Shown here: positions 1-8,450 of the stretch, one piece after another
Layout: every line of letters begins with the position of its first letter
Numbering within the stretch: the stretch's first letter is position 1
Source of the DNA: Thermoanaerobaculia bacterium
GTDB lineage: Bacteria; Acidobacteriota; Thermoanaerobaculia; Gp7-AA8
Reading direction: 5' to 3'
DNA length: 37,436 nucleotides
Assembly (NCBI GenBank): GCA_036559905.1
Contig: DATBSF010000438.1
Span: 1-37,436, forward strand
The notes under the pieces: generated by a model
The model's database searches: none
Seen by the model: the letters and a program-made list of their open reading frames with translations, nothing else
Told to the model about the DNA's origin: nothing
Position numbers and translations under genes: made by a program

Positions 1-99
1 TTGCCACCGTGAAGCTTTTGAGTTTGAAAACGATCGACGAATGCGCTGCCTCGTTTTCTACTTGTCGTAGAAAAAACGAGAAAACGAAGCTCCGGCACC

Positions 100-1722
100 A
101 TGCTCAGTGACTTCACGGTGGTCGCCAACGCGATCGGCGCAACGACGAAGAAGCTCGAAAAGGAGCGGCTGCTCGCGGAGTATCTCCGCACGCTCGACGA
201 TGCATCGCTCGAGCGAGCCGTGGTTTTCTTCTCCGGATCGCCATTTCCACTCCGTGAAGAGCGCGTTACGGGTGTTGGAGGAGCGATCATCAGCGATGCC
301 GCAGCGGCGGCAACCGGCCGAAGCGGAGATGAGATCTGGGCATCGTGGTCGAGACATGGCGACGCCGGCGATACCATGGCCGACAGCTTTCAGCACGATC
401 CGTCACGCACAATCACGTTGGCGGAGCTCGGCGAATACTTCGATCGCATCGCGAAGACGTCGGGCTCGATCGAGAAGAAAAACATCCTCATCGATCTCTT
501 CCGCAAGGTCGATGCGCAGGGCGCTCGCTACGTGGTGAAGATTCTGGTGGGGGAGCTTCGCATCGGATTGCAGGAGGGATTGGTCGAGTCGGCAATTGCA
601 AAGGCATTCGGGCGAACCGTCGGGGCCGTCCGGCGAGCCAGCATGTTCACCGGCGACATCGGCGCGACGGCGTTGCTCGCGAAGAGCGACGCGCTGGAAA
701 GCGTCAAGATGACGCTCTTTCATCCTTTTGCGTTCATGCTCGCGCAGCCGGAGGAGGATCCCGAGGAGATCGTCGCCGCGTTAGGCGAAGGAGCGTTCGC
801 GGACGACAAATACGACGGCATCCGCGCGCAGATTCATCGCGAGGGAGATGAGGTCCGGATCTATTCGCGGACGCTCGATAACGTCACGCATCGATTTCCC
901 GAGATCGCGGCGGCGGCGCTCCGGCTCGGCAGCAGCGTGATTCTCGACGGCGAGATCGTGGCGTTCAGCGATCGCATCCTGCCGTTCGCTGTGATTCAGA
1001 CGCGTCTCGGGCGGCGCAAAGTCTCAGAAGCGCTCCTGCGCGATGCGCCGGTCGCTTTCTTCGCGTTCGATCTCCTCTACGAAAACGGCGAGGCGCTTTT
1101 CGAGTTGCCGCTCGGCGAGCGGCTCGCGCGTCTTCGCAACGTTCTGAAAGGCGGCGCCATCCGGCCCTCGGATCAAACCCCGATCCGCGACGCCGCGCAC
1201 GTCGACGCGCTGTTCGACGACGCACGCGCGCGCGCAAACGAGGGCCTTGTCGTGAAGGATCCCGGATCGATCTACACGCCGGGCCGGCGCGGAAAGTCGT
1301 GGCTGAAGTACAAAAAGGCGCTCGCGACGCTCGACTGCGTCGTCACGGCTGCCGAATATGGCCACGGCAAGCGGCGCAGCGTGCTCTCCGATTACACGTT
1401 CGCGGTTCGGCGCGATCAGGAGCTCGTCAACATCGGCAAGGCCTACTCGGGACTCACCGATGTCGAGATCGATCAACTCACGAAGCATTTCAAAGAGACG
1501 ACGACTGCGCGCTACGGGCCCGTGCACATGGTCGAGCCGCGCGTCGTTCTCGAGATCGCGTTCGATCGGATCCAGGAATCGAAACGGCATAAATCGGGAT
1601 ACGCGCTCCGCTTTCCGCGGATTGCGCGCATCCGGGATGACAAGAATGTCGATCAGATCTCAACCATCGATGAAGTTCGCCGTATCTACGAAGGGCAGTT
1701 GAAGCGGGAGAAAGGAACATGA
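100..1722 (+). CDS. ATP-dependent DNA ligase (three-domain Lig1/LigB-like)
   Basis: 540-aa ORF. Adenylation motif I 'DDKYDGIRAQ' (KxDG), downstream 'EGLVVK' and 'SWLKYKK' ligase motifs, and an N-terminal DNA-binding-domain-like region. Confidence 0.9.
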   Translation: MLSDFTVVANAIGATTKKLEKERLLAEYLRTLDDASLERAVVFFSGSPFPLREERVTGVGGAIISDAAAAATGRSGDEIWASWSRHGDAGDTMADSFQHDPSRTITLAELGEYFDRIAKTSGSIEKKNILIDLFRKVDAQGARYVVKILVGELRIGLQEGLVESAIAKAFGRTVGAVRRASMFTGDIGATALLAKSDALESVKMTLFHPFAFMLAQPEEDPEEIVAALGEGAFADDKYDGIRAQIHREGDEVRIYSRTLDNVTHRFPEIAAAALRLGSSVILDGEIVAFSDRILPFAVIQTRLGRRKVSEALLRDAPVAFFAFDLLYENGEALFELPLGERLARLRNVLKGGAIRPSDQTPIRDAAHVDALFDDARARANEGLVVKDPGSIYTPGRRGKSWLKYKKALATLDCVVTAAEYGHGKRRSVLSDYTFAVRRDQELVNIGKAYSGLTDVEIDQLTKHFKETTTARYGPVHMVEPRVVLEIAFDRIQESKRHKSGYALRFPRIARIRDDKNVDQISTIDEVRRIYEGQLKREKGT

Positions 1723-1913
1723 CCATGCCATTGCGCCGCTCGAACAGGTACAAGATGATCGCGGGAGTCTGCGGAGGCATCGCGGAATGGCTCGGGTGGA
1801 GCCCGTCCGCCGTGCGCATCCTGTACGTCGTCATCTCTGTGCTGTCGGTCGCGTTTCCGGGCATCATCGTCTACATTGTTCTCTGGCTCGTGATGCCGCC
1901 GGCCACCGACTGA
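1719..1913 (+). CDS. PspC-domain small membrane protein
   Basis: 64-aa ORF. 'MIAGVCGGIAEWLGWSPSAVRILYVV' resembles the PspC domain and is followed by one hydrophobic helix. Its ATG overlaps the ligase stop (ATGA). Confidence 0.7.
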   Translation: MTMPLRRSNRYKMIAGVCGGIAEWLGWSPSAVRILYVVISVLSVAFPGIIVYIVLWLVMPPATD

Positions 1914-1931
1914 ATTACTATCTGCGGTTCC

Positions 1932-3050
1932 ATGCCGCAGCTCCTGCAGAACACGTTTATCGCGGCGCCGCCGAAGCACCTCGTGCTGCCGGACGGATTT
2001 CGTTTCTCGCATGGCGAGACGATCACGCCGTTCACGATTCAATACGAGACATTCGGCGAGCTGAACGCCGATCGCTCCAATGCGATCCTCGTCTGCCACG
2101 CGCTGTCGGCAAATGCTCACGCCGCCGGGAAATACACAAATTCCGATGACGAGCGGCCCGGATGGTGGGACGGGCTGATCGGATACGGAAAAGGGATCGA
2201 TCTCGAAAAACACTTCGTCGTCTGCGCGAATCTCCCCGGGTCGTGCTACGGGACGACGGCTCCATTGTCGATCGATCCCGCGACCGGCAAGCCGTACGGA
2301 TCGCGATATCCGTGGCCGACGATCGAAGACATGGTGCATTCTCAAAAAGCGGTTCTGGAACACCTCGGCATCTCGAAATTGCGATCGATCGCCGGCGGCT
2401 CGTTAGGCGGAATGCAGGTGCTGATGTGGACCGCGCTGTATCCCGAGCTCACCGACTCGATCATGGCGATGGCCTGCGGCGCCGCCGTGCCGGTTGCCGG
2501 AATCGCCTGGCATATCATCGGCCGCAAGATCATCGAGAGCGACACGCGATTCCGCGGCGGCGATTACTACGACAACCCCGAACCGCTGCGCGGTCTTCAA
2601 GTCGCGCGGATGGTCGGCCACATGACGTATCTGTCGGCGCAAGCGCTGCAGTCGAAGTTTGGACGCCGCCGCCGCGGCAATACGCGGCAGTTCGAGATCG
2701 ATTCGTATTTCGAATATCAGGGACAGAAATTCGCGACGCAGTACGACGCGAATTCGTACATTCGCGTGCAGGCCGCCATGGACGAAATGGATCTCGAGGA
2801 GCAGTTCGGATCGCTCGAAAACGCTTTCGCGAAATGGCGCGGGAAGACGCTGCTGATCTCGTTCGATACCGACTGGCTTTTTCCGGTTGCGGAAGTCGAT
2901 CGCGTCGAGCGCGCGATGCAGTTGAATGGGACGCCCGTAAGCCACGACCGCATTTCGTCGACGAACGGCCACGACACGTTCCTGATCGATTACGACCTGA
3001 TCACGCCGCCGGTGCGCGAGTTTCTTCAGCGCGGGAGCGAATCGCCGTAA
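1932..3050 (+). CDS. metX: homoserine O-acetyltransferase
   Basis: 372-aa ORF. 'ILVCHALSANAH' N-terminal block, alpha/beta-hydrolase nucleophile elbow 'GGSLGGMQ', and C-terminal 'GHDTFL'. Confidence 0.9.
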   Translation: MPQLLQNTFIAAPPKHLVLPDGFRFSHGETITPFTIQYETFGELNADRSNAILVCHALSANAHAAGKYTNSDDERPGWWDGLIGYGKGIDLEKHFVVCANLPGSCYGTTAPLSIDPATGKPYGSRYPWPTIEDMVHSQKAVLEHLGISKLRSIAGGSLGGMQVLMWTALYPELTDSIMAMACGAAVPVAGIAWHIIGRKIIESDTRFRGGDYYDNPEPLRGLQVARMVGHMTYLSAQALQSKFGRRRRGNTRQFEIDSYFEYQGQKFATQYDANSYIRVQAAMDEMDLEEQFGSLENAFAKWRGKTLLISFDTDWLFPVAEVDRVERAMQLNGTPVSHDRISSTNGHDTFLIDYDLITPPVREFLQRGSESP

Positions 3051-4495
3051 CTCGCTTCGAAAGCGCGCAGGCGCTCCTCGAGTCGCCACTGCAGCCGTGC
3101 CTTGGTGTTCTTCGAGAGAAATGACGAGCAGCGTTCTGCCTTCGGCTCGGTGCCGCATGCGGCCTTCATCGCGACGAACCGCCGGTTCGTCCACAAGCTC
3201 TCGCCCTCGACAAACGCGTACTCCAGGCTGTTGCGCGCGATCTGTTTGAGCTGTGCATACCGCAGCCCCTGGTCTTCGACAGCGCGCATGTATTGATTCG
3301 TCATGTCATCGCGTGAAACGCCCGGATCGTCGGTTGCCAGCGCCACCGGAACGCCGTGCTCGAGATAAAGGCGCAGCGGATGCTGGCGTCCGCGGACGCC
3401 GAGGATGACGTCGTTGCTGGTGAGGCAGATTTCAACGGCTACGCGGCGGGTCGCCATGATCTTCATCAGATCGCCCGCGTCGCGCTCGTAGGCGATGTCG
3501 ACGCCGTGGCCGATCCGTTCTGCACCGGCGATGAGTACCGAATCGCGGATGTGATGGCGCAAACCCTCGGTTGGTACGAGACCCAGCGCCAGTTCCCCGG
3601 CATGCGTGGTCAGATGCACTTTCGGGTAGACCGTGCGGAGGAATTCGAACATCCGCATCTGCTCGTCGAACTGTGTCATCGGCAGGTAGGCGTCCTCCGG
3701 CATCACCGGATTCAAGCCGACGACGCGCGGATCGACGCTGGCCAATTGGTAGCCGACCAGCAGGCTGGCGAAGAACGCCTCACGCGGCGTGCCGCGATAG
3801 GTCTCGTAAATACATCGCCAGGTCGACTCGCATCCGGGCTTCGCATCAGGCGTTCCGCAGCGAAGTGTGGTGCGCATGGTCGCGTCGACGTCATCGAGCG
3901 TCTTTCGCGCCGAGCTCACGGCCTGGTCCAGCGCTCTGGCATTGTCGGGATTCTTCACGATCGAGTCGTACATTTCCTGCGGCGTCGTTCCGGAAATCAA
4001 CTGGGCAACCGCAGCGCGCGCTCCCTGGTCTGGAGCGAACATTGTCTCCACGTAGTCGACATTCTCGGCGGCGAATCGCGAGACAACGTCCGCCATCATC
4101 TCCGGGATGTGGCGGCGGGAAACGGCGCCGAATTTTCCGAAGGTAGCGAAGAAGTGATCGTGCCCCGATTCTTTCGTCGGCCGGAACTGGCGCATCGACA
4201 ATGCGTCGAGCATCGCCGAATACAGATTCGCGTCTGTGACTGTGTTTGTGGCCGGAACGACCGTGCTAACCGTGGTTGCAGGGCAGTCGACGATCGCGAG
4301 TTTCAGCGTATCGACGCAGAGCCCGTCCTGCTTCGCGAATTCGAGAAAAGTCTCCGCGTAGACAGCGCCGCTCAGGTGATTGTGAAGATCGCCGCCTTTC
4401 GGCATCGCGTAAAGGACCTCGCGCAACGGGCGCTCTGCGGCAAACGCGGCGGAAGCAAATGCGATCGCAATGACAAACGGCCGAAGAAACTTCAT
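3026..4495 (-). CDS. secreted adenosine deaminase family protein (ADA2/ADGF-like)
   Basis: The 666-aa ORF is trimmed to the internal ATG at 4495. It then begins 'MKFLRPFVIAIAFASAAFAAE', a signal peptide. Deaminase metal and catalytic motifs are 'MPKGGDLHNHLSG', 'THAGE' and 'ATDDPGV'. The discarded 5' part overlaps the topA 3' end. Confidence 0.75.
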   Translation of the reverse strand: MKFLRPFVIAIAFASAAFAAERPLREVLYAMPKGGDLHNHLSGAVYAETFLEFAKQDGLCVDTLKLAIVDCPATTVSTVVPATNTVTDANLYSAMLDALSMRQFRPTKESGHDHFFATFGKFGAVSRRHIPEMMADVVSRFAAENVDYVETMFAPDQGARAAVAQLISGTTPQEMYDSIVKNPDNARALDQAVSSARKTLDDVDATMRTTLRCGTPDAKPGCESTWRCIYETYRGTPREAFFASLLVGYQLASVDPRVVGLNPVMPEDAYLPMTQFDEQMRMFEFLRTVYPKVHLTTHAGELALGLVPTEGLRHHIRDSVLIAGAERIGHGVDIAYERDAGDLMKIMATRRVAVEICLTSNDVILGVRGRQHPLRLYLEHGVPVALATDDPGVSRDDMTNQYMRAVEDQGLRYAQLKQIARNSLEYAFVEGESLWTNRRFVAMKAACGTEPKAERCSSFLSKNTKARLQWRLEERLRAFEASYGDSLPR

Positions 4496-4506
4496 GGCCG
4501 GAGAGT

Positions 4507-6930
4507 TTACGCTGTGGCTTCGGTGGTCGCGATCGGAGCTTTGTGGCCGCACTCCGGATTGTTGCAGGCCTCGTGGAGGCCGTCGCGCTTCGTCTGTTTT
4601 TCGAGCAGGTAAGGCGCGCCGCATTTCGGACACGGACGCGGAACCGGCTTCGCATTGAGCGCGAATTCGCACTTCGGATAGCGATTGCACGAATAGAAGA
4701 TGCCGCGCCGCGAGCGGCGCTGGACGATCTCGCCCTCGCCGCACTGCGGACATTTCACGCCGGTGGGCGTCGGCGGGACGCGCGTGCCGCCGCCGATCTT
4801 GCGAATGTTGCGGCAGTCGGGATAACCGGAGCAGCTGTAGAACGGACCGTATCGGCCGCTCTTGAGCACCATCTCTTTGCCGCACAACTCGCACGGCGGC
4901 TGCGGCTCGGTCGGGATGTTCGCCTTCAGCAGACGCGGATCCTTCGTGGTCTTGCACTCGGGATATCCGGTGCAGGCGAAGAACTGTCCGAACCGCGAGC
5001 GCTTGAGCGTCATCGGCTTGCCGCACTTCTCGCAGATGATCGTGTCATCGCCCGTTTCGGCGGCATCGCCCTTCGCGATTTCCTTGGTCGTTTTGCACTC
5101 GGGATAGTTCGAGCACGCCAGGAACTCGCCGAACCGCCCGAATTTGATGACCATCGGCGCGCCGTCGTTCTCGCAGACCTCATCGGTCGCAATGCCTTCG
5201 CCTTTGACCTGCATCATCTCGGTCTTGGCGCGGTCGAGGTCGACGACGAATTTCACATTGAACTCGCTGATCAGGTCTTTCCACTCGACGTTGCCCTCTT
5301 CGACACTGTCGAGCTTCTCTTCAAGGTCGGCCGTGTAGCTCTCGTCGATGATGTCGCCGAACGACTGGCGGAGCAGCATCGTCACGATGACGCCCAGGTG
5401 TGTCGGATGGAACTTGCCGTCGTGTTTGTAGGTGTAGTCGCGCGCCTGGATCGTCGTCAGAATCTGACCGTAGGTTGACGGCCGTCCGATGCCGTTCTCT
5501 TCCAGCGCTTTCACCAGCGTGGCTTCCGTGAATCGCGGCGGGGGCTGCGTGAAGTTCTGCTTCGTCTCGAGATCGAGCAGCAGCAGGCTGTCGCCTTCGT
5601 TCATCGGCGGCAGCGCTTTCTCGTTTTCCGGCTTCTCTTCGTCGTCATCGTCGGCGCCGGCTTCCTCCTGGAAAATCGAAAGGAATCCGGGGAACTTGAG
5701 CACTTCGCCCGACGCGCGCAGCGTGTATGGGCCGTTCACGATGTCGACATCGGTGACGTCGAACAGTGCGGGCTTCATCTGTGACGCAACGAAACGGTCC
5801 CAGATCAACTTGTAAATGTTGTATTCCTCGCGGGTGAGGAAGTCCTTGATCTTCTCGGGATCGAATTCCAGCGACGTCGGGCGGACTGCTTCGTGGGCTT
5901 CCTGCGCCTGCGCCGATTTCTTCACCTTGTAGTAGTTCGGCTGCTCCGGCAATATATGCTCACCATATTTAGTAGCGATATATTGTCGTACTTCGGTGAG
6001 GGCCTCGTCGCTCGTACGGACCGAGTCGGTGCGCATGTACGTGATCAGGCCCGCGAATCCGAGTGAACCCAGCTCTTTGCCTTCGTAGAGCTTTTGCGCG
6101 ATCTGCATCGTGCGCTTCACGGGATACTTGAAGCGGTTGTATGCAGTGCGCTGCAGCGTCGATGTGATGAACGGCGGCGCGGCGGTCCGCTTCTTCTCTT
6201 TTCGCGCGACCGAGTCGACGACAAACGCGCCGCTCTTGAGTGCCGCCTCGATAATTCGTGCGTCCTTCTCGTTCGCGACTTCGGCCTTCTTGTCTTCGAT
6301 GCGCGTGAGCTTCGCGATGAATGGCGGCGGTGTGCCGGCCTCCAGCTTCGCGCCGAACGTCCAATACTCGACCGGGACGAATGCTTTGATCAATTCCTCG
6401 CGGTCGACGATCATCTTCATCGCGACCGATTGCACACGCCCCGCGCTGAGGCCGCGACGCACTTTGTCCCACAGCAGCGGCGAGAGTTTGTAGCCCACCA
6501 GCCGATCGAGAACGCGCCTTGCCTGCTGCGCGTTCACTTTGTTCATGTCGATGTCGATCGGATGCTCGATCGCCTTCTTGACGGCGTTCTTCGTGATCTC
6601 GTGGAAGAGGATGCGGCGGACTTTCCTGGAGTCGCCGCCGAGGAGATTCATGACGTGCCAGCCGATGGCTTCGCCCTCGCGATCAGGGTCGGAAGCGATG
6701 TAGATGTGATCGGCCTTCTTGGCGGCCGCTCTCAGCTCGCTGACGACTTTCTCTTTTCCTTCGAGGATCTCGTAGGTCGGCTCGAAGGTCTCTTCGTCGA
6801 CGCCGAGCTCGCTCTTGGGAAGATCGCGGACGTGACCCACCGACGCTTTGACGAGGTAGTCCTTCCCGATGAATTTATTAATCGTCTTCGCTTTTGCGGG
6901 TGATTCGACGATAACGAGGTTCTTGGCCAT
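4507..6930 (-). CDS. topA: DNA topoisomerase I
   Basis: The ORF is trimmed to ATG 6930, giving 'MAKNLVIVESPAKAKTI' (Toprim start). The catalytic-Tyr region is 'GLITYMRTDS'. The C-terminus carries a series of CxxC...CxxC zinc-ribbon repeats ('CEKCGKPM..ACTGYPECK', 'CELCGKEM..', 'CPQCGEGE..', 'CPKCGAPY..'). Confidence 0.95.
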   Translation of the reverse strand: MAKNLVIVESPAKAKTINKFIGKDYLVKASVGHVRDLPKSELGVDEETFEPTYEILEGKEKVVSELRAAAKKADHIYIASDPDREGEAIGWHVMNLLGGDSRKVRRILFHEITKNAVKKAIEHPIDIDMNKVNAQQARRVLDRLVGYKLSPLLWDKVRRGLSAGRVQSVAMKMIVDREELIKAFVPVEYWTFGAKLEAGTPPPFIAKLTRIEDKKAEVANEKDARIIEAALKSGAFVVDSVARKEKKRTAAPPFITSTLQRTAYNRFKYPVKRTMQIAQKLYEGKELGSLGFAGLITYMRTDSVRTSDEALTEVRQYIATKYGEHILPEQPNYYKVKKSAQAQEAHEAVRPTSLEFDPEKIKDFLTREEYNIYKLIWDRFVASQMKPALFDVTDVDIVNGPYTLRASGEVLKFPGFLSIFQEEAGADDDDEEKPENEKALPPMNEGDSLLLLDLETKQNFTQPPPRFTEATLVKALEENGIGRPSTYGQILTTIQARDYTYKHDGKFHPTHLGVIVTMLLRQSFGDIIDESYTADLEEKLDSVEEGNVEWKDLISEFNVKFVVDLDRAKTEMMQVKGEGIATDEVCENDGAPMVIKFGRFGEFLACSNYPECKTTKEIAKGDAAETGDDTIICEKCGKPMTLKRSRFGQFFACTGYPECKTTKDPRLLKANIPTEPQPPCELCGKEMVLKSGRYGPFYSCSGYPDCRNIRKIGGGTRVPPTPTGVKCPQCGEGEIVQRRSRRGIFYSCNRYPKCEFALNAKPVPRPCPKCGAPYLLEKQTKRDGLHEACNNPECGHKAPIATTEATA

Positions 6931-6971
6931 TGTGCTGCAGCGCCGGAACCGGGCCGGTGAATCGCGAAATT

Positions 6972-7006
6972 CCTCGCGCGCGTGTAACGCGCGCGCGTAC
7001 GCGAGG
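6972..7006 (-). other. GC-rich hairpin between the MoaD-like gene and topA (possible terminator or topA leader structure)
   Basis: cgcgcgcg (6975-6982) pairs with cgcgcgcg (6988-6995) around the loop tgtaa. An alternative outer stem pairs cctcgcg (6972-6978) with cgcgagg (7000-7006). Only a short U-run (AAUUU) follows on the minus strand. Confidence 0.3.
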
Positions 7007-7077
7007 GCGCTGTTCTCAGGGCAAATGACGATACCAGACCGCTCGCCGACTCGCAAAACTCCTACGAGCTGTGGAGT

Positions 7078-7359
7078 TTACCCGCCACTGACGGCGGGCA
7101 GAATCACGATTTCGGCGCCTTCGCGCGTATGCGCGGCGAGTCCGCCGCAATCGCGGATGTTCTCGCCGTCCACGAAGATATTGATGTGCTGCCGCACTTC
7201 GCCGCGCTCGGTGATCACGCGATCGCGGACCGCGGGGCACTCGCGCCAAAGAAGCGATAGCGCATCGTTCACGGTTTGCGCTCTGCCACTCACGCGCACC
7301 TCGCGACGATTGTTCGCAAGCTCGACGAGTGGTCCTGGAATGGTGAAGACGTACGACAT
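7078..7359 (-). CDS. MoaD/ThiS-family ubiquitin-like beta-grasp protein, C-terminal Gly-Gly
   Basis: About 93 aa, ending '...EIVILPAVSGG' immediately before the stop. Size and pattern ('VNDALSLL', 'INIFVDGENI') match sulfur-carrier proteins. The ATG at 7359 overlaps the upstream stop (TGATG); an alternative GTG lies at 7362. Confidence 0.7.
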   Translation of the reverse strand: MSYVFTIPGPLVELANNRREVRVSGRAQTVNDALSLLWRECPAVRDRVITERGEVRQHINIFVDGENIRDCGGLAAHTREGAEIVILPAVSGG

Positions 7360-8441
7360 CACACCACCGCGCTTTTCATGCAGACGACTGGCGGTAGTCC
7401 ATCGATGACCGTCTTCCAGCTCTTCCCCTCATTGTTCGAGGCGAAGAGCTTGCCGCTGCGCGTTCCGAAATAGACACCGCGCGCGTCGGCGTGCATCGCA
7501 TCGCGAACGACGCATTCGTAGGCGTCTTCCTGCGGTAGTCCTTTGGTCATCGCTTGCCACTTCTTCCCGCCGTTCCGCGTCCGATAGACCCTCAGCTTCC
7601 CTTCGGGCGTGCAGCGGAACATGTCCGCTTCCAACGGCACGATCCACGCGGTGTCGGCATCTTCAGGATGAATCGCCATTGCGAAACCGAAGTCGGACGG
7701 GACGCCGTTGGCGACGTCCTTCCAGCTCTCGCCCCGATCATCACTCCGGTAGAGGCCCCAGTGATTCTGCAGGAACATCCGATCCGGCTGCTGCTTCGAC
7801 TGCACGACCTTGTGCACGCACTGGCCGAACTCGGGATATTTGTCGGGAAGAAACTCCGCGCGGACGCCTTTGTTGGACGGTCGCCACGACTTGCCGCCGT
7901 CTTCGGTAACGTACATCCCGGCAGTGGAGACGGCGACCCGAATCCGCTTCCGCTCTTCCGGGTCTAACAGAATCGTGTGAAGGCAGAGCCCCCCACCACC
8001 CGGCACCCACTTTGGACGCTGCGGATGATTCCATAGGTTTTCGTTCAGCTTCCACGTGATGCCGGTATCGTTGCTGACGAAAAGCGCCGCCGGCTCGACG
8101 CCGCAGTACATCGTGCCGTCTTCGCCGACGACGATCTGCCAGATATTTTTCAGCGCGGCGTCGGTCTTCGCCGGAAACTTGATGTTGGCTTCTTCCGGAT
8201 TGGTCCAGCTCTTCCCAAAGTCGTCGCTGGAACGCAGCAGCGCACCGAAGTGCATGCTCGAGGGTCCGGCCCAGATGCGCTTGCCGTCATAGGCCATCGC
8301 GTAGACCGAACTGCCGGGGAAATATGGGCCGCCCATCTCCCATGCGTGTCGCTTCGCGCGGAAGATGAACGCGCCTTTCATGGTGCCGACGAGGAGAAGA
8401 GTTTCGCCGCGTTTCGGTGAGACGTTCTTCGTTTTCGGCAT
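7359..8441 (-). CDS. BNR/Asp-box repeat beta-propeller protein (sialidase/Ycf48-like fold), cytoplasmic
   Basis: 360 aa. Six evenly spaced Asp-boxes: SSDDFGKSW, SNDTGITW, TEDGGKSW, SDDRGESW, TRNGGKKW, SNNEGKSW. No signal peptide at the N-terminus. Confidence 0.75.
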   Translation of the reverse strand: MPKTKNVSPKRGETLLLVGTMKGAFIFRAKRHAWEMGGPYFPGSSVYAMAYDGKRIWAGPSSMHFGALLRSSDDFGKSWTNPEEANIKFPAKTDAALKNIWQIVVGEDGTMYCGVEPAALFVSNDTGITWKLNENLWNHPQRPKWVPGGGGLCLHTILLDPEERKRIRVAVSTAGMYVTEDGGKSWRPSNKGVRAEFLPDKYPEFGQCVHKVVQSKQQPDRMFLQNHWGLYRSDDRGESWKDVANGVPSDFGFAMAIHPEDADTAWIVPLEADMFRCTPEGKLRVYRTRNGGKKWQAMTKGLPQEDAYECVVRDAMHADARGVYFGTRSGKLFASNNEGKSWKTVIDGLPPVVCMKSAVV

Positions 8442-8450
8442 GCGCCGAGC

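Noticed and set aside
45-90. A small inverted repeat upstream of the ligase (ttttctac ttgtc gtagaaaa).
   Set aside because: It is an 8-bp stem, mostly A/T, with no U-tract. It sits at the window edge, so the context is missing, and it is too weak to call a terminator or operator.
3356-4612. Numerous other 60-420 aa ORFs antisense to, or out of frame with, called genes. Examples: 3356..4612, 4543..5478, 6094..6903, 12646..13509, 15033..15869, 15910..16626, 22195..23295, 24520..25314, 25425..26186, 29665..30390, 31970..32773, 58..396.
   Set aside because: Each lies inside a gene with strong family motifs on the other strand or frame. The translations are Arg/Ala/Pro/Gly-biased with no motifs. 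This is typical GC-rich shadow-ORF behaviour.
4496-5026. A 177-aa N-terminal extension of the 666-aa ORF 3026..5026.
   Set aside because: The extension overlaps the topA zinc-ribbon coding region in another frame and is Arg-rich nonsense. The internal ATG at 4495 gives a textbook signal peptide followed by the deaminase domain.
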